Assembly (NCBI RefSeq): GCF_001194135.2
Contig: NC_068982.1
Coordinates: 160,485,969 to 160,519,038, forward strand
Source of the DNA: Octopus bimaculoides
Taxonomy: Eukaryota
Reading direction: 5' to 3'
DNA: 33,070 bases
The notes under the pieces are model-generated. The model was not told where the DNA came from. It worked only from the letters and a program-made list of their open reading frames with translations, and did no database searches. Below are positions 11,465-20,837 of the stretch, piece by piece (position 1 is the stretch's first letter; each line of letters begins with the position of its first letter). The translations under genes and the position numbers were made by a program.

Positions 11465-12625
11465 CTTTTTAAACGACCGAAGACATCAATTATCAGTGGA
11501 GTCTCTCAAGGAACTGTAACGGTACCACTACGGCTTGTGGAGGCTCTTTCAAACACGCCCTCAGCTATACAGTCAGCAACTTTCAACCAGCTATGCTACC
11601 CTAAAACTGCAATGTGCAGGTGGACTGATAAAAGTAATATGCAGCATCAAGCACTCCACTACTGGTCCATAACAGACTACAATCGGAATACACAAGACCA
11701 AGGAGTAGTGTAATCCCTATGTCAGTGTCGGTACGTGACTTGAGAATCCACATTAGTAATGATTCAACATTCCACAGCAACATAGTGCATACGAGTAGCT
11801 GGATGGATTCTAGGAGTATTCAGGACCGGAAAAAGTGATACCGTGCTACTCCTATGGACACTTTTCATTCCCAGTTGTCTGCATTACAGCTCCGAACTGT
11901 GGTCATCGTAGAGGGTCAAACTGATGGCAGAATTCGAGGCAATCCAGCTCCATTGCACAAAACAGAATGAGCCAGCACAAAAGTTGAGTTACTGGTTAAG
12001 GCTAAAGGAACTGAAGCAATGCTCCTTAGAGAGAAGACGTGCAAGATATACAGTTATAGACATAAGAAAGATTATGGAAGTCTTCCCACAACTTGGGAAT
12101 CGAAAACTATACCAACCACCAAAATGGACGGCACTGTATAGTAGTAAAGCTCTCGCTTTCTCCGTGTTGCGTAATTTCTCAATACTGAAACAGCCTGGGT
12201 TTCAAGAGTCCACAACTATGCAAAGTTCTGCCAAACAGCCTCAGAGCATTGCGAGCTGTGGATGTGGAGGTCTTCACCGAAAATCTGAGCAAATTTTAAC
12301 TGAACTACTAGAAGAACCTATATTCTTTTCTACTCTAGGCACAAGTCCCGAAATTTTTGGAGAGGAGGCCAGTCGATTAGATCGACCCCAGTATGCAACC
12401 GGTACTTAATTTATCGACCCCGAAATGATGAAAGGCACAGTCGACCTCGGCGGAATTTGAACCCCATAAGAACCTATATTGCGAGAGGAGGCACAAAGAC
12501 CAACTCCGATGGACTCAATATTTCACCAGAAACCATACAGAAATGACACCTAATCATACTGAAAGGCGGTGCCCCAAAATGGCCTCAGTGTCTGGTTGAA
12601 CTAATGGCACAAAAGCTACATAAGC
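11465..12625 (+). mobile_element. CR1-like LINE, 5'-truncated RT/C-terminal remnant with 3' tail; interrupted by a SINE-A at 12325-12467
   Basis: Translation gives IISGVSQGTVTVPL (SGVPQGTVLGPL), CRWTDKSNMQ, SVRDLRIHISNDSTFH, GWILGVFRT...LHYSSELWS and LSYWLRLKELKQCSLERRRARY. The YADD segment is missing and there are frameshifts and stops. The frame resumes after the SINE (LEEPI|LREEAQRPTPMDSIFHQ). Confidence 0.88.
12325..12467 (-). mobile_element. SINE family A, 5'-truncated, with 13-bp target-site duplication
   Basis: Reverse complement matches the SINE-A core and the tail at 21199-21262. TSD aagaacctatatt at 12312-12324 and 12468-12480. Confidence 0.92.
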
Positions 12626-12691
12626 ATTTCTAAATTAAAACTGATTTTTGAGAGTTTATTTTTTTAAATACCATTACTCTCAATTTGTAAT

Positions 12692-12935
12692 TCTTTTATT
12701 CTTTTATTCTTTTATTTGTTTCTGTTATTTGACTACAACCAAGCTGGAGGACAGCCTTGTAGGACTTTAGTTGAACAACTCAACCCCAGGACTTATTTAT
12801 TAAGTTTAGTACTTATTCTATTGATGTCTTTAAGCCGAACTGCTAAGTTTCATGGACATAAACACACTAGCACCGGTTGTCAAGTGGTGATAGGGTACAA
12901 ACACAGGCACAAAGAGACACAGGCACACCCACCCA

Positions 12936-12977
<42 letters not shown>

Positions 12978-13175
12978 CACACGCACACATACACATACAT
13001 ATATATATACATTGGGTCATCCCATAAATAGTGCAGGTTTTTCAGATGCATGAACTAAAAGTTGAAGGAGGGCGGGATAAACTAGCTGCATCGACTTACT
13101 ATAACAGCAGGTAGTAATTCTACTTTGTCCTTATTGTTCGCGCAAGTTTTTCAGGGTGCAGTCACTTTTTCAAAG

Positions 13176-13239
<64 letters not shown>

Positions 13240-13383
13240 GACGTGCTTATTTCATTTTCTGTATACCAAATCCACTCAGGATTTAGTAGAAAATACTTGC
13301 CGAAGATACCACGAAGTGGGACTGAACCTGGACGCATTTGGTCGGAAAGCAAGCTTCTAACCACACACCCGCACCTGCACCTA
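12692..13383 (-). mobile_element. SINE family B, full length, with internal (CA)n/(TA)n microsatellite interrupted by an insertion
   Basis: 3' half at 12692-12945 and tRNA-like 5' half at about 13238-13383 align with the copies at 14295-14745 and 22471-22664. Confidence 0.85.
13010..13177 (+). mobile_element. Probable 5'-terminal fragment (TIR plus 5'UTR) of a mariner-type DNA transposon inserted at a TA in the SINE-B microsatellite
   Basis: Starts TA|cattgggtcatcccataaatagtgcaggttttt, resembling mariner TIRs (ttgggt...aagt..tgcggattt type). Non-SINE sequence bounded by (TA)n on both sides; no second TIR. Confidence 0.5.
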
Positions 13384-13639
13384 TATTCTAATTGCATTTT
13401 TTCAGATTTCGCTCGAAATATACGTAAGTAAAGAATAGTTTTAAACTTCAAGTATGAGTCTTCACATCCACATGAGTAAAGACTGGTAAATAATTTATAC
13501 AATTTCATGTTTCTTAATTTTTCTCATACACAACGTTTATTTGTCACACTTCATGACTTATTTCCGTTCTCTCTTTAATTATCTCACGCTTAAGGCGAAA
13601 TCTGTCAGACTCATTATGAAAACATTTTGCGATATTTGT

Positions 13640-13715
13640 TCCGACACTTTACATTCTCAGTATAGATCATGCTATGGTCAACTTTGCCTTTCAGTCTTTT
13701 GGGATAAAATAAAGT
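13640..13715 (+). mobile_element. SINE family A core fragment
   Basis: ggtcaactttgcctttcagtcttttgggataaaataaagt matches the SINE-A core. Confidence 0.65.
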
Positions 13716-14294
13716 CTCATTCAAGTTCTAGATCGATGGCTTCAACTAACTTCCTTCCCTCATAATTGTGAAGCCTTTTACCGAAATCAGAAACCAACAT
13801 TTATCTTACGTTAAGGGCAACGAGCTGGAAGAATAGCTTGAGCTTCAGAAAAATACCCTACGTCATATTTCACGTTTACATTGAAACCGAAAATCTTAAA
13901 CAATGTCTTCCATCGTTTCTGGATCGTTAAAATAAAACAACATTCAAATATTGGAACCAATGGTATTGACAAAAATTCATCCCATATAATCGCTTGTTGA
14001 ATACTTGGACAGCTCATCAGACTCTATACAGAGACAAATTTAACCCTTCATCTCTAGGAGATGGAAAGTTGGTCAAAAGGTCATAAAAAGATAAAAGTTC
14101 TGGTGTTGGTGAGGACGTGTTATCTCCTCTAGACCAGCCAATTTGAGGAATAGGGATCGATCCCCTGGCCTGCTAAAAAAACGTAAGGACTCTTATGAAC
14201 TTAAAACAGCGAACGGGGAATCCCAATTTTGCAACAGGTAGCGCTTGGAGTGGATACATTGTGAGAATATTTCTTAGAGCGTATTCCTCATTAG

Positions 14295-14515
14295 GCTCTT
14301 ATTTTTTTCAGACATCATACTGCAGACATACAGGGGCACCGTCTTATAGAATTTTTAGTCGAATGAATCGATCCCAGCACTTTTGTCTAAGCCTGATACA
14401 TATTTTATCAGTCTCTTTTGCCGGACCACTAAATTACACTGACGTAAGTTCACCAACACACGTTTTCAAGTGGTGTTGGGGGAAAAACAGACACAAATAC
14501 ACACATACGTGTGTT

Positions 14516-14553
<38 letters not shown>

Positions 14554-14745
14554 CATATATATATAAAATATATAAATATATATATATATATATACGACGG
14601 GCTTCTTTCAGTTTCCGTCTACCAAATCCACTCACAAGGCCTGAGGCTATAGTAGAAGACACTTGCCCAAGGTGCCACGCAGTGGGACTGAACCCGGAAC
14701 CATCTGGTTAAGAAGCAAGCTTCTTACCACACAGTCACGGCTGTG
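14295..14745 (-). mobile_element. SINE family B, full length, with internal (TG)n(TA)n tract
   Basis: 5' half cgacgggcttctttcagtttccgtctaccaaatccactcacaagg...cccaaggtgccacgcagtgggactgaacccggaacc (A/B boxes on the minus strand); 3' half at 14295-14500. Confidence 0.9.
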
Positions 14746-14865
14746 AATATATGTCAATGCATACATCAAAATATGAGTATATGTATGCATATATATTATA
14801 CATCTATGCATCTATCTATCTATTTATCTATTACTCCTTCTTCCTCCCTCTCCTTCTATCTCTCC

Positions 14866-14902
<37 letters not shown>

Positions 14903-15606
14903 CATACATACATACATACATACATACAGATGCATGCGTTTGTGTGCACTCGCGTGCTTGTTTGCGTGCGTACGTTTGTGTGCGCACTCATGTTTGAGTG
15001 TGCGCGTGTGACCTAGCGTGCTTGCGTTTGTTTATGTGCAAAAACTCATCAATTTTTGGGTTTGTAGCCTTATTGAATATTTATACTTAACCGTTGTGTT
15101 CTTTTTATCTTATTTACACTTGCATAAATAAATCAAAAACACTTCTCTTTTATCTGCATTTTCATCGTTGTCTTCATTGACCATCGTCTTGACTCATTTC
15201 TCCTCAATTTTGTTTGCCATTAAACCCCTCCATTCATTCGTTTGAATTTTTAATGCATCGCTACCCTCCACCGGTATGTTTTTAGTTGTTTTCTTCTTTT
15301 TCCTTCGTATTAAGCGTATATATATCAATGTCACTTGTTTCCTAGCTACATGCCTTGAAGGTTTATGCTGGCATAGTAAACTTCTTTGTTAGAACGTTTT
15401 TAAGTTTAATGAACGCACTCTGGAAAATTACACTTTAGCGTTGGTGATGCAGAAGTAAAATGAGCAATGTATGTGTATTTATAAGCACCTAAATCATACG
15501 AAATAATACGTTCCTCTTTAATTATATTTTATGTGTATTTTCACAAAATATCTCTTAAAATTACGAATCTATTATGGCAGTTTAATAATTATTTGGTATA
15601 CACACA

Positions 15607-15780
15607 TGCGTGGTTGTGTGGTTAGCAGCTTCGTTCTCAACAAAATGATTCCGGGTCTAGTCACAGAAAGTAGTACGTTAAACAAGTGGCTTTTATTGTA
15701 GCACCTTCCACGCGGACCGACCAAAGCCTAGAGTGTGGACTTGGTAGGCGGTGACTGAAAGACGCTCGTCGTATATATGT
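15607..15780 (+). mobile_element. SINE family B 5' half, diverged
   Basis: ggttgtgtggttagcagc...gattccgggtctagtc...ccgaccaaagcc...gtggacttggtaggcgg.gactgaaaga...cgtcgtatata. Confidence 0.8.
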
Positions 15781-15891
15781 ATCTCTCTCTCCCTGTTCTA
15801 TTTCTCTCTGTCTGTCTGTCTCTCTCTAGATATACATATATATATTAATATACGTATATATATATATGTGTATGTATATGGATGTACATAT

Positions 15892-15922
<31 letters not shown>

Positions 15923-15989
15923 AGCAATGTTAATTCTCTAAATGAAGTATTAACAGTAACTGCACGATAAAGTGTAGTATATTGCCACT

Positions 15990-16125
15990 TAAGTGTGGCT
16001 GACCCCTAGGGGTGGATGTTACTGTTGCTTTTAGCCCCAGGAGGACATCTCCTCCAGCTGGCTTATCGACACACGACTGTGTCCTGTTTGCCAAGGGAGT
16101 TATCCCTCTCACCTCGGCCAGCAGC
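15990..16125 (-). mobile_element. Unclassified GC-richer, hairpin-rich repeat with a retroposon-like 3' tail (cctggggctaaaagcaacagtaac)
   Basis: Several short stems are visible, and the tail resembles ccggggagtaaaccacaacaa at 27335-27385 (minus). Family not identified. Confidence 0.35.
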
Positions 16126-16178
<53 letters not shown>

Positions 16179-16211
16179 CATGTAAGTATATATGATTATG
16201 TGTATGCGTAA

Positions 16212-16445
16212 AGCTTTTATCTTTTACTTGTTTCAGTCATGAGACTGAGACCATGCTGGGGCACCGCCTTGGAGAATTGTTACTCGAATGAATCGACCGC
16301 AGCATTTATTATTAGAAGCCTAGTACTTATTCTATCACCCCCTTTTGCCGAATCATTAGCTAGCGGGTATGTAAACACACCAACACCGGTTGTCAAGCAG
16401 AGAGGGGGGCAAACACCGACACAAAATCACACGCAAATATATAAA
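16212..16445 (-). mobile_element. SINE family B 3' half
   Basis: cttttacttgtttcagtcatgagactgagaccatgctggggcaccgcctt...agtacttattctatc...ttttgccgaa...gtaaacacaccaacaccggttgtcaagc. Confidence 0.9.
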
Positions 16446-16458
16446 CATATAACTATTC

Positions 16459-16673
16459 GTGGTAAGAAGCTTGCTCCCCAACCATATGGTTCCGGGTTCA
16501 GTTCCACTGCGTGACACATTAAGCAGTTGCCTTTTTCTGTAGCCTCGAGCCGAATAAAGCCTTGTGATTGGATTTGCAAGACGTAAACTAAAAAGAAGCC
16601 TGCCGTGTATATATATGAAGGTAGGTAGGTATGCGCGCGTGTGTGCTTATGTTTGTGTGTCTCAATCCCCACC
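16459..16673 (+). mobile_element. SINE family B 5' half running into a gap
   Basis: gtggtaagaagcttgctccccaaccatatggttccgggttcagttccactgcgtg...agcctcgagccg...aaagccttgtga. Confidence 0.88.
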
Positions 16674-16960
16674 NNNNNNNNNNNNNNNNNNNNNNNNNNN
16701 NNNNNNNNNNNNNNNNNNNNNNNNNNNNNNNNNNNNNNNNNNNNNNNNNNNNNNNNNNNNNNNNNNNNNNNNNNNNNNNNNNNNNNNNNNNNNNNNNNNN
16801 NNNNNNNNNNNNNNNNNNNNNNNNNNNNNNNNNNNNNNNNNNNNNNNNNNNNNNNNNNNNNNNNNNNNNNNNNNNNNNNNNNNNNNNNNNNNNNNNNNNN
16901 NNNNNNNNNNNNNNNNNNNNNNNNNNNNNNNNNNNNNNNNNNNNNNNNNNNNNNNNNNNN
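16674..16960. other. Assembly gap (N) within a SINE-B-associated microsatellite
   Basis: N run. Confidence 1.
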
Positions 16961-16995
<35 letters not shown>

Positions 16996-17058
16996 AACAC
17001 ACACACACACACTCACACACTCACACACGCACACAGAAGTATATACGTTGTATACATA

Positions 17059-18315
17059 CGAGGTGGTATCAAAACTTTCCCGAACTAGTAATGTTTAATT
17101 TTTAAAAAATTAACTTATTTAACTTATTTACCTAAATTTTAACATCACCTCCTCCTTCGTGGGAGTTGCCTTGCACAGCAATACGCCGATTTCGAGGCCC
17201 CTGCCACTTTTAGAATCTAGCCTGTAAGTCGTTTTCCGTAAGCGAGTCGAGGCCTTTCTGCGTTTCCATCTGGATCTCGACAACGGTTTTAAAACGTCCT
17301 TATTTGGGCGGCATTTTTTATCTTCGGGAAGAGATGGAAGTCCACTGGTGCTCAGTGTAGCGAATAATGCGTGTGCGTAATCGATTCCATGTTGTTTTTG
17401 GCGTGAAACTCACGATTGAGAAGGGTTCAGTGACAGGGTGCGTTGTCGTTGTGAAGAATCTATTTCTTCGCGTTCTAAAGATCCAGTCGCATCCGCCGAA
17501 TGTTCTCTCTGAAAAGCTTTAAAACGTCGCTGTAGAATTCTTGATTGTTGGAGTAGCCTTGGGGGATAAATCCTCGATGCACAATACAACAGATGTCGAA
17601 AAATCGATGAGCATGCTCTTGATTGAGCCGCGGCTCTGTCGTGCCTTCTTAGGGCGTGGAGGTGAAGACCTCTTCAGTTGTGACGACTACTACTTCGTTT
17701 CAGGGTCGTACCTGTTGACGCAATTCTCGGCAGCGGTGATGAAATGAAGGACGGATCATCAGCGGCACGCTGTGGGAGATCTTGATAGACTTCGACGCAG
17801 GTGTGGGACAACTTGGCAGAGATACGCATCTTCAATTTGGACCCATAATACAGATTAACAACAGCAGCAATGTCGTTGATTATCTCCTCCGACGCTCCTC
17901 ATACACAAGCTGATGAATGAATTTTTTTCCACATTTCCGGTAGTGACGCTCGTGGCAGGTCTTTCACATTGCTCATCGTCTTCTAGGGACGTTCTTGCGC
18001 TTTTGAAGCGATCGTGCCACTCGAAACATTGCTTGCGACCCTTCGCCTCGTCCCCATAAACTGGACAAAACATGTTGAATGTCTCTGGAGCTGAGGTCCC
18101 AAGTTTAACGCAAAAGTTCACGCTGGTTCTTTGTTCCAGCTTCCTGTTCACGACAAAAATCGCAAACTACTGCATACACCTAATCACAAAAACGCAAATT
18201 TCACAACTTGCGAAGTAAGCACAGCAATGTCATTCATCACAGGGTCGCAAGAAGGTCGTGTGCTGCTATCTGTTGGCGGGCTACAGAACTAGTCCGGGAA
18301 CTTTTTGGTGCCACT

Positions 18316-18318
<3 letters not shown>
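17059..18318 (-). mobile_element. Full-length (1260 bp) decayed mariner (Tc1/mariner, DD34D-type) DNA transposon
   Basis: TA|cgaggtggtatcaaaactttcccgaactagt (17057-17089) versus the reverse complement of actagtccgggaactttttggtgccacttcg|TA (18288-18320): 6 mismatches in 33 nt. TA on both sides. Confidence 0.95.
17130..18151 (-). pseudogene. Mariner transposase pseudogene
   Basis: EQRTSVNFCVKLGTSAPETF...CFEWHDRFKSARTSLEDD (N-terminal HTH), YDPETK, PRPKKARQSR, ILHNDNAPCH, and APVDFHLFPK (decayed YSPDLAPCDF). Multiple stops and frameshifts. Confidence 0.93.
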
Positions 18319-18386
<68 letters not shown>

Positions 18387-18393
18387 CACACAC

Positions 18394-18520
18394 ACGACAG
18401 GCTTCCTTTGGTTTCCGTCTGCCGAATCCACACACAAGGCTTTGGTTGGCCCGAGGATATAGTAGAAGACTCTTGCTCAAGTTGCAACGTGTTGGAGCTG
18501 GACACGGAACCATGTGGTTA
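18394..18520 (-). mobile_element. SINE family B 5' half
   Basis: acgacaggcttcctttggtttccgtctgccgaatccacacacaaggctttggttggcccgagg...ggaaccatgtggtt. Confidence 0.88.
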
Positions 18521-18552
18521 GATAGATAGATAGATAGATAGATATATAGATC

Positions 18553-18722
18553 AGTGTGTCTGAGTGTTTCTCCGGTGTTGGTTTGTTTTCCTTCCTGTAA
18601 CATTGCGGTTCGGCATAATAGATCAGTAGAAGATATAACTGTTGGTGGTTCAATGATAAGAATTCAAGGTCGTGCTCCACTATGGCCTCAGTCCAATGAC
18701 TGAAAGAAGTAAAAGCTAAAAG
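18553..18722 (+). mobile_element. SINE family B 3' half, diverged
   Basis: gcggttcggcataatagatc...ggtcgtgctccactatggcctcagtccaatgactgaaagaagtaaaag. Confidence 0.75.
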
Positions 18723-19008
18723 TTAAATTTAAACAGATGATCCAAACGTTAGACAGAAAATTATTTATTCAAAGTATATATATATTGGTGAAGCATCGTG
18801 TAGTATAACTTTATGAGATTTGTTGTGTAAGGCCGGAACAACGCGAGAAAGCACAAAATAAACTACAAGAGGACACGAAAACAACGAGTGGCAATTTTAT
18901 CTTGTATTTCTATATTTCTATGTCATGTCCCCTTATTCGGGACAGTTGGAAAAAGCGGTAGTAAGAAAAAGTCGTTACTCAGATGTGCGGAGGAGGAAAG
19001 TGACATGC

Positions 19009-19200
19009 GCAGACTGGTGTTGCTATAGCAACCAGTCTGCTTCGTGTAGTTCCTTGTAATTGCTAATGGCTGTTCTCAGTTCGTTTATAAGGAAGGCTTC
19101 CATGATTCTGTTGCGAGAGGTAAACAAACTTTTTCAAACAGCTGGTCGTGCTACTTCAGGCTGATGACGAGCAAAGACTCAGAAACATGTCCCAGAATGC
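19009..19200. mobile_element. Penelope-like element remnant (possible GIY-YIG C-terminal fragment on minus, hammerhead motif on plus)
   Basis: Minus 19044-19118 reads SRNRIMEAFLINELRTAISNYKELH, like the R..EA.LI..L.P.IN tail of PLE endonucleases. A minimal hammerhead core is adjacent. The similarity is short. Confidence 0.45.
19155..19197 (+). ncRNA. Minimal type I hammerhead ribozyme motif (degenerate)
   Basis: ttcagg-CTGATGA-c-gag-caaaga-ctc-a-GAAAC-at-GTC-ccagaa: core intact, stem I 5 of 6 pairs, stem II 3 bp plus one extra A, palindromic ACATGT at stem III. Confidence 0.6.
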
Positions 19201-19328
19201 AGGCTAAGCTGGGTGGAGGAGTTTGTCTCCCCCTCGCAAAGATAAGGACACAGGAAATGTGTCAAGGCCTAATAACAGTAGTATATTCCCTTATTGGGAC
19301 TGTCACGTTAAGTTGACAGTATACAAAC

Positions 19329-19680
19329 NNNNNNNNNNNNNNNNNNNNNNNNNNNNNNNNNNNNNNNNNNNNNNNNNNNNNNNNNNNNNNNNNNNNNNNN
19401 NNNNNNNNNNNNNNNNNNNNNNNNNNNNNNNNNNNNNNNNNNNNNNNNNNNNNNNNNNNNNNNNNNNNNNNNNNNNNNNNNNNNNNNNNNNNNNNNNNNN
19501 NNNNNNNNNNNNNNNNNNNNNNNNNNNNNNNNNNNNNNNNNNNNNNNNNNNNNNNNNNNNNNNNNNNNNNNNNNNNNNNNNNNNNNNNNNNNNNNNNNNN
19601 NNNNNNNNNNNNNNNNNNNNNNNNNNNNNNNNNNNNNNNNNNNNNNNNNNNNNNNNNNNNNNNNNNNNNNNNNNNNNNNN
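19329..19680. other. Assembly gap (N), right flank (TA)n
   Basis: N run. Confidence 1.
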
Positions 19681-19720
19681 TATATATATATATATATATT
19701 ATGTATGTATGTATGTATGC

Positions 19721-19930
19721 AGGAGGGCGTTGCATTCTTGGTCGTAAAATTCTGGTTTCGCTTCCGGACTAGCGATGAGTTGTGTTCTCGAGCAAAACAC
19801 TTAATTTCACATTCCTCCAATCGACTCATCTTGAAAAGACGTGTAATCTGCTGACGAACTGTCATCCCCTCCAGGGGACCACAAAATCTAGGAAACCGGC
19901 ATATGAACCTACGGATCGGGAAGGACCTTT
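19721..19930 (+). mobile_element. SINE family C (tRNA-like head, CORE-like gtgttctcgagcaaaacacttaa, V-domain-like ctgctgacgaactgtcatcccctccagggg), diverged
   Basis: Motif resemblance to conserved SINE central domains; single copy in the window. Confidence 0.55.
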
Positions 19931-19995
19931 GATTCTTTCTTTTGATACTTGTATGTGGACGAACGAGTAACAATAGTGGTAATAGATGAAACATT

Positions 19996-20040
19996 TATTA
20001 TTATTGTTATTATTATTATTTTTATTATTATTATTATTAT

Positions 20041-20133
<93 letters not shown>
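19996..20133. repeat. (TTA)n(TAG)n compound microsatellite
   Basis: Directly visible; source of the poly-I/S ORF. Confidence 0.97.
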
Positions 20134-20135
<2 letters not shown>

Positions 20136-20311
20136 TGATTGCCTCACACTACGTTTTCAGTATCCATCTCCTCTCGCACCTTTCCAACCTCTCTTAAAAT
20201 AAACAAGGTTAGTGTAGGTTGCAAGAAGCATTGTCTGGTATATGTAAATGATTTAAACATTTTCTTTATATAAAGGCAAAACAATGCAAGTTATGAAAAT
20301 AATAATTGATA

Positions 20312-20397
20312 CAGGTCGATGGCTAGTGATTTTAACTGATAATTCAGTATTTAATGGTTAGTACCCTTCAGGATCAAAAGTACTAGCCATCGACCTG
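20312..20397. mobile_element. 86-bp MITE-like element: 16-bp perfect TIRs, TA on both sides
   Basis: atacaggtcgatggctagt (20309-20327) and actagccatcgacctgtat (20382-20400) are exact reverse complements; read as TA|caggtcg...cgacctg|TA. Confidence 0.7.
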
Positions 20398-20837
20398 TAT
20401 TATTTATAAATTGCTTTATATAATGTTTCGTTTATGCATTTGGTTTCCAAGATTCTTTATGTGAATTCGTGTGTTGACGCATATTCTTTTGTGTCTGAGG
20501 AGAGTCGTTTTCTTTTTGTGCCTTATAATTTAACACACTCACCGGTAAAATTTCCACTCTATTTTTATTTTCCTAAAATTTTCGTTGCGTCTTGCAACGT
20601 ATTCAATAGTCTTGACTCTGTCCGTTATTTACACTGCGTTCCTTTAATAGAATAAATATCTTAAGGATTAAGGAATCTGATTTTGTTTAATATATCCCTC
20701 AAAATCTTGTTCCGATGATATGATAAACATTCCTGTTTTAATTCTATGATTTTGATGTTACTAGAGTTGCTAGACAAGTTGGTATTTGATTGAAAGTCTC
20801 TGTTATCATCTACAATTGAGTAATATTGTTCATGTGT

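Noticed and set aside
15180-15300. NSNEWRGLMAN on minus, like an RTE end
   Set aside because: A single short motif with no supporting context.
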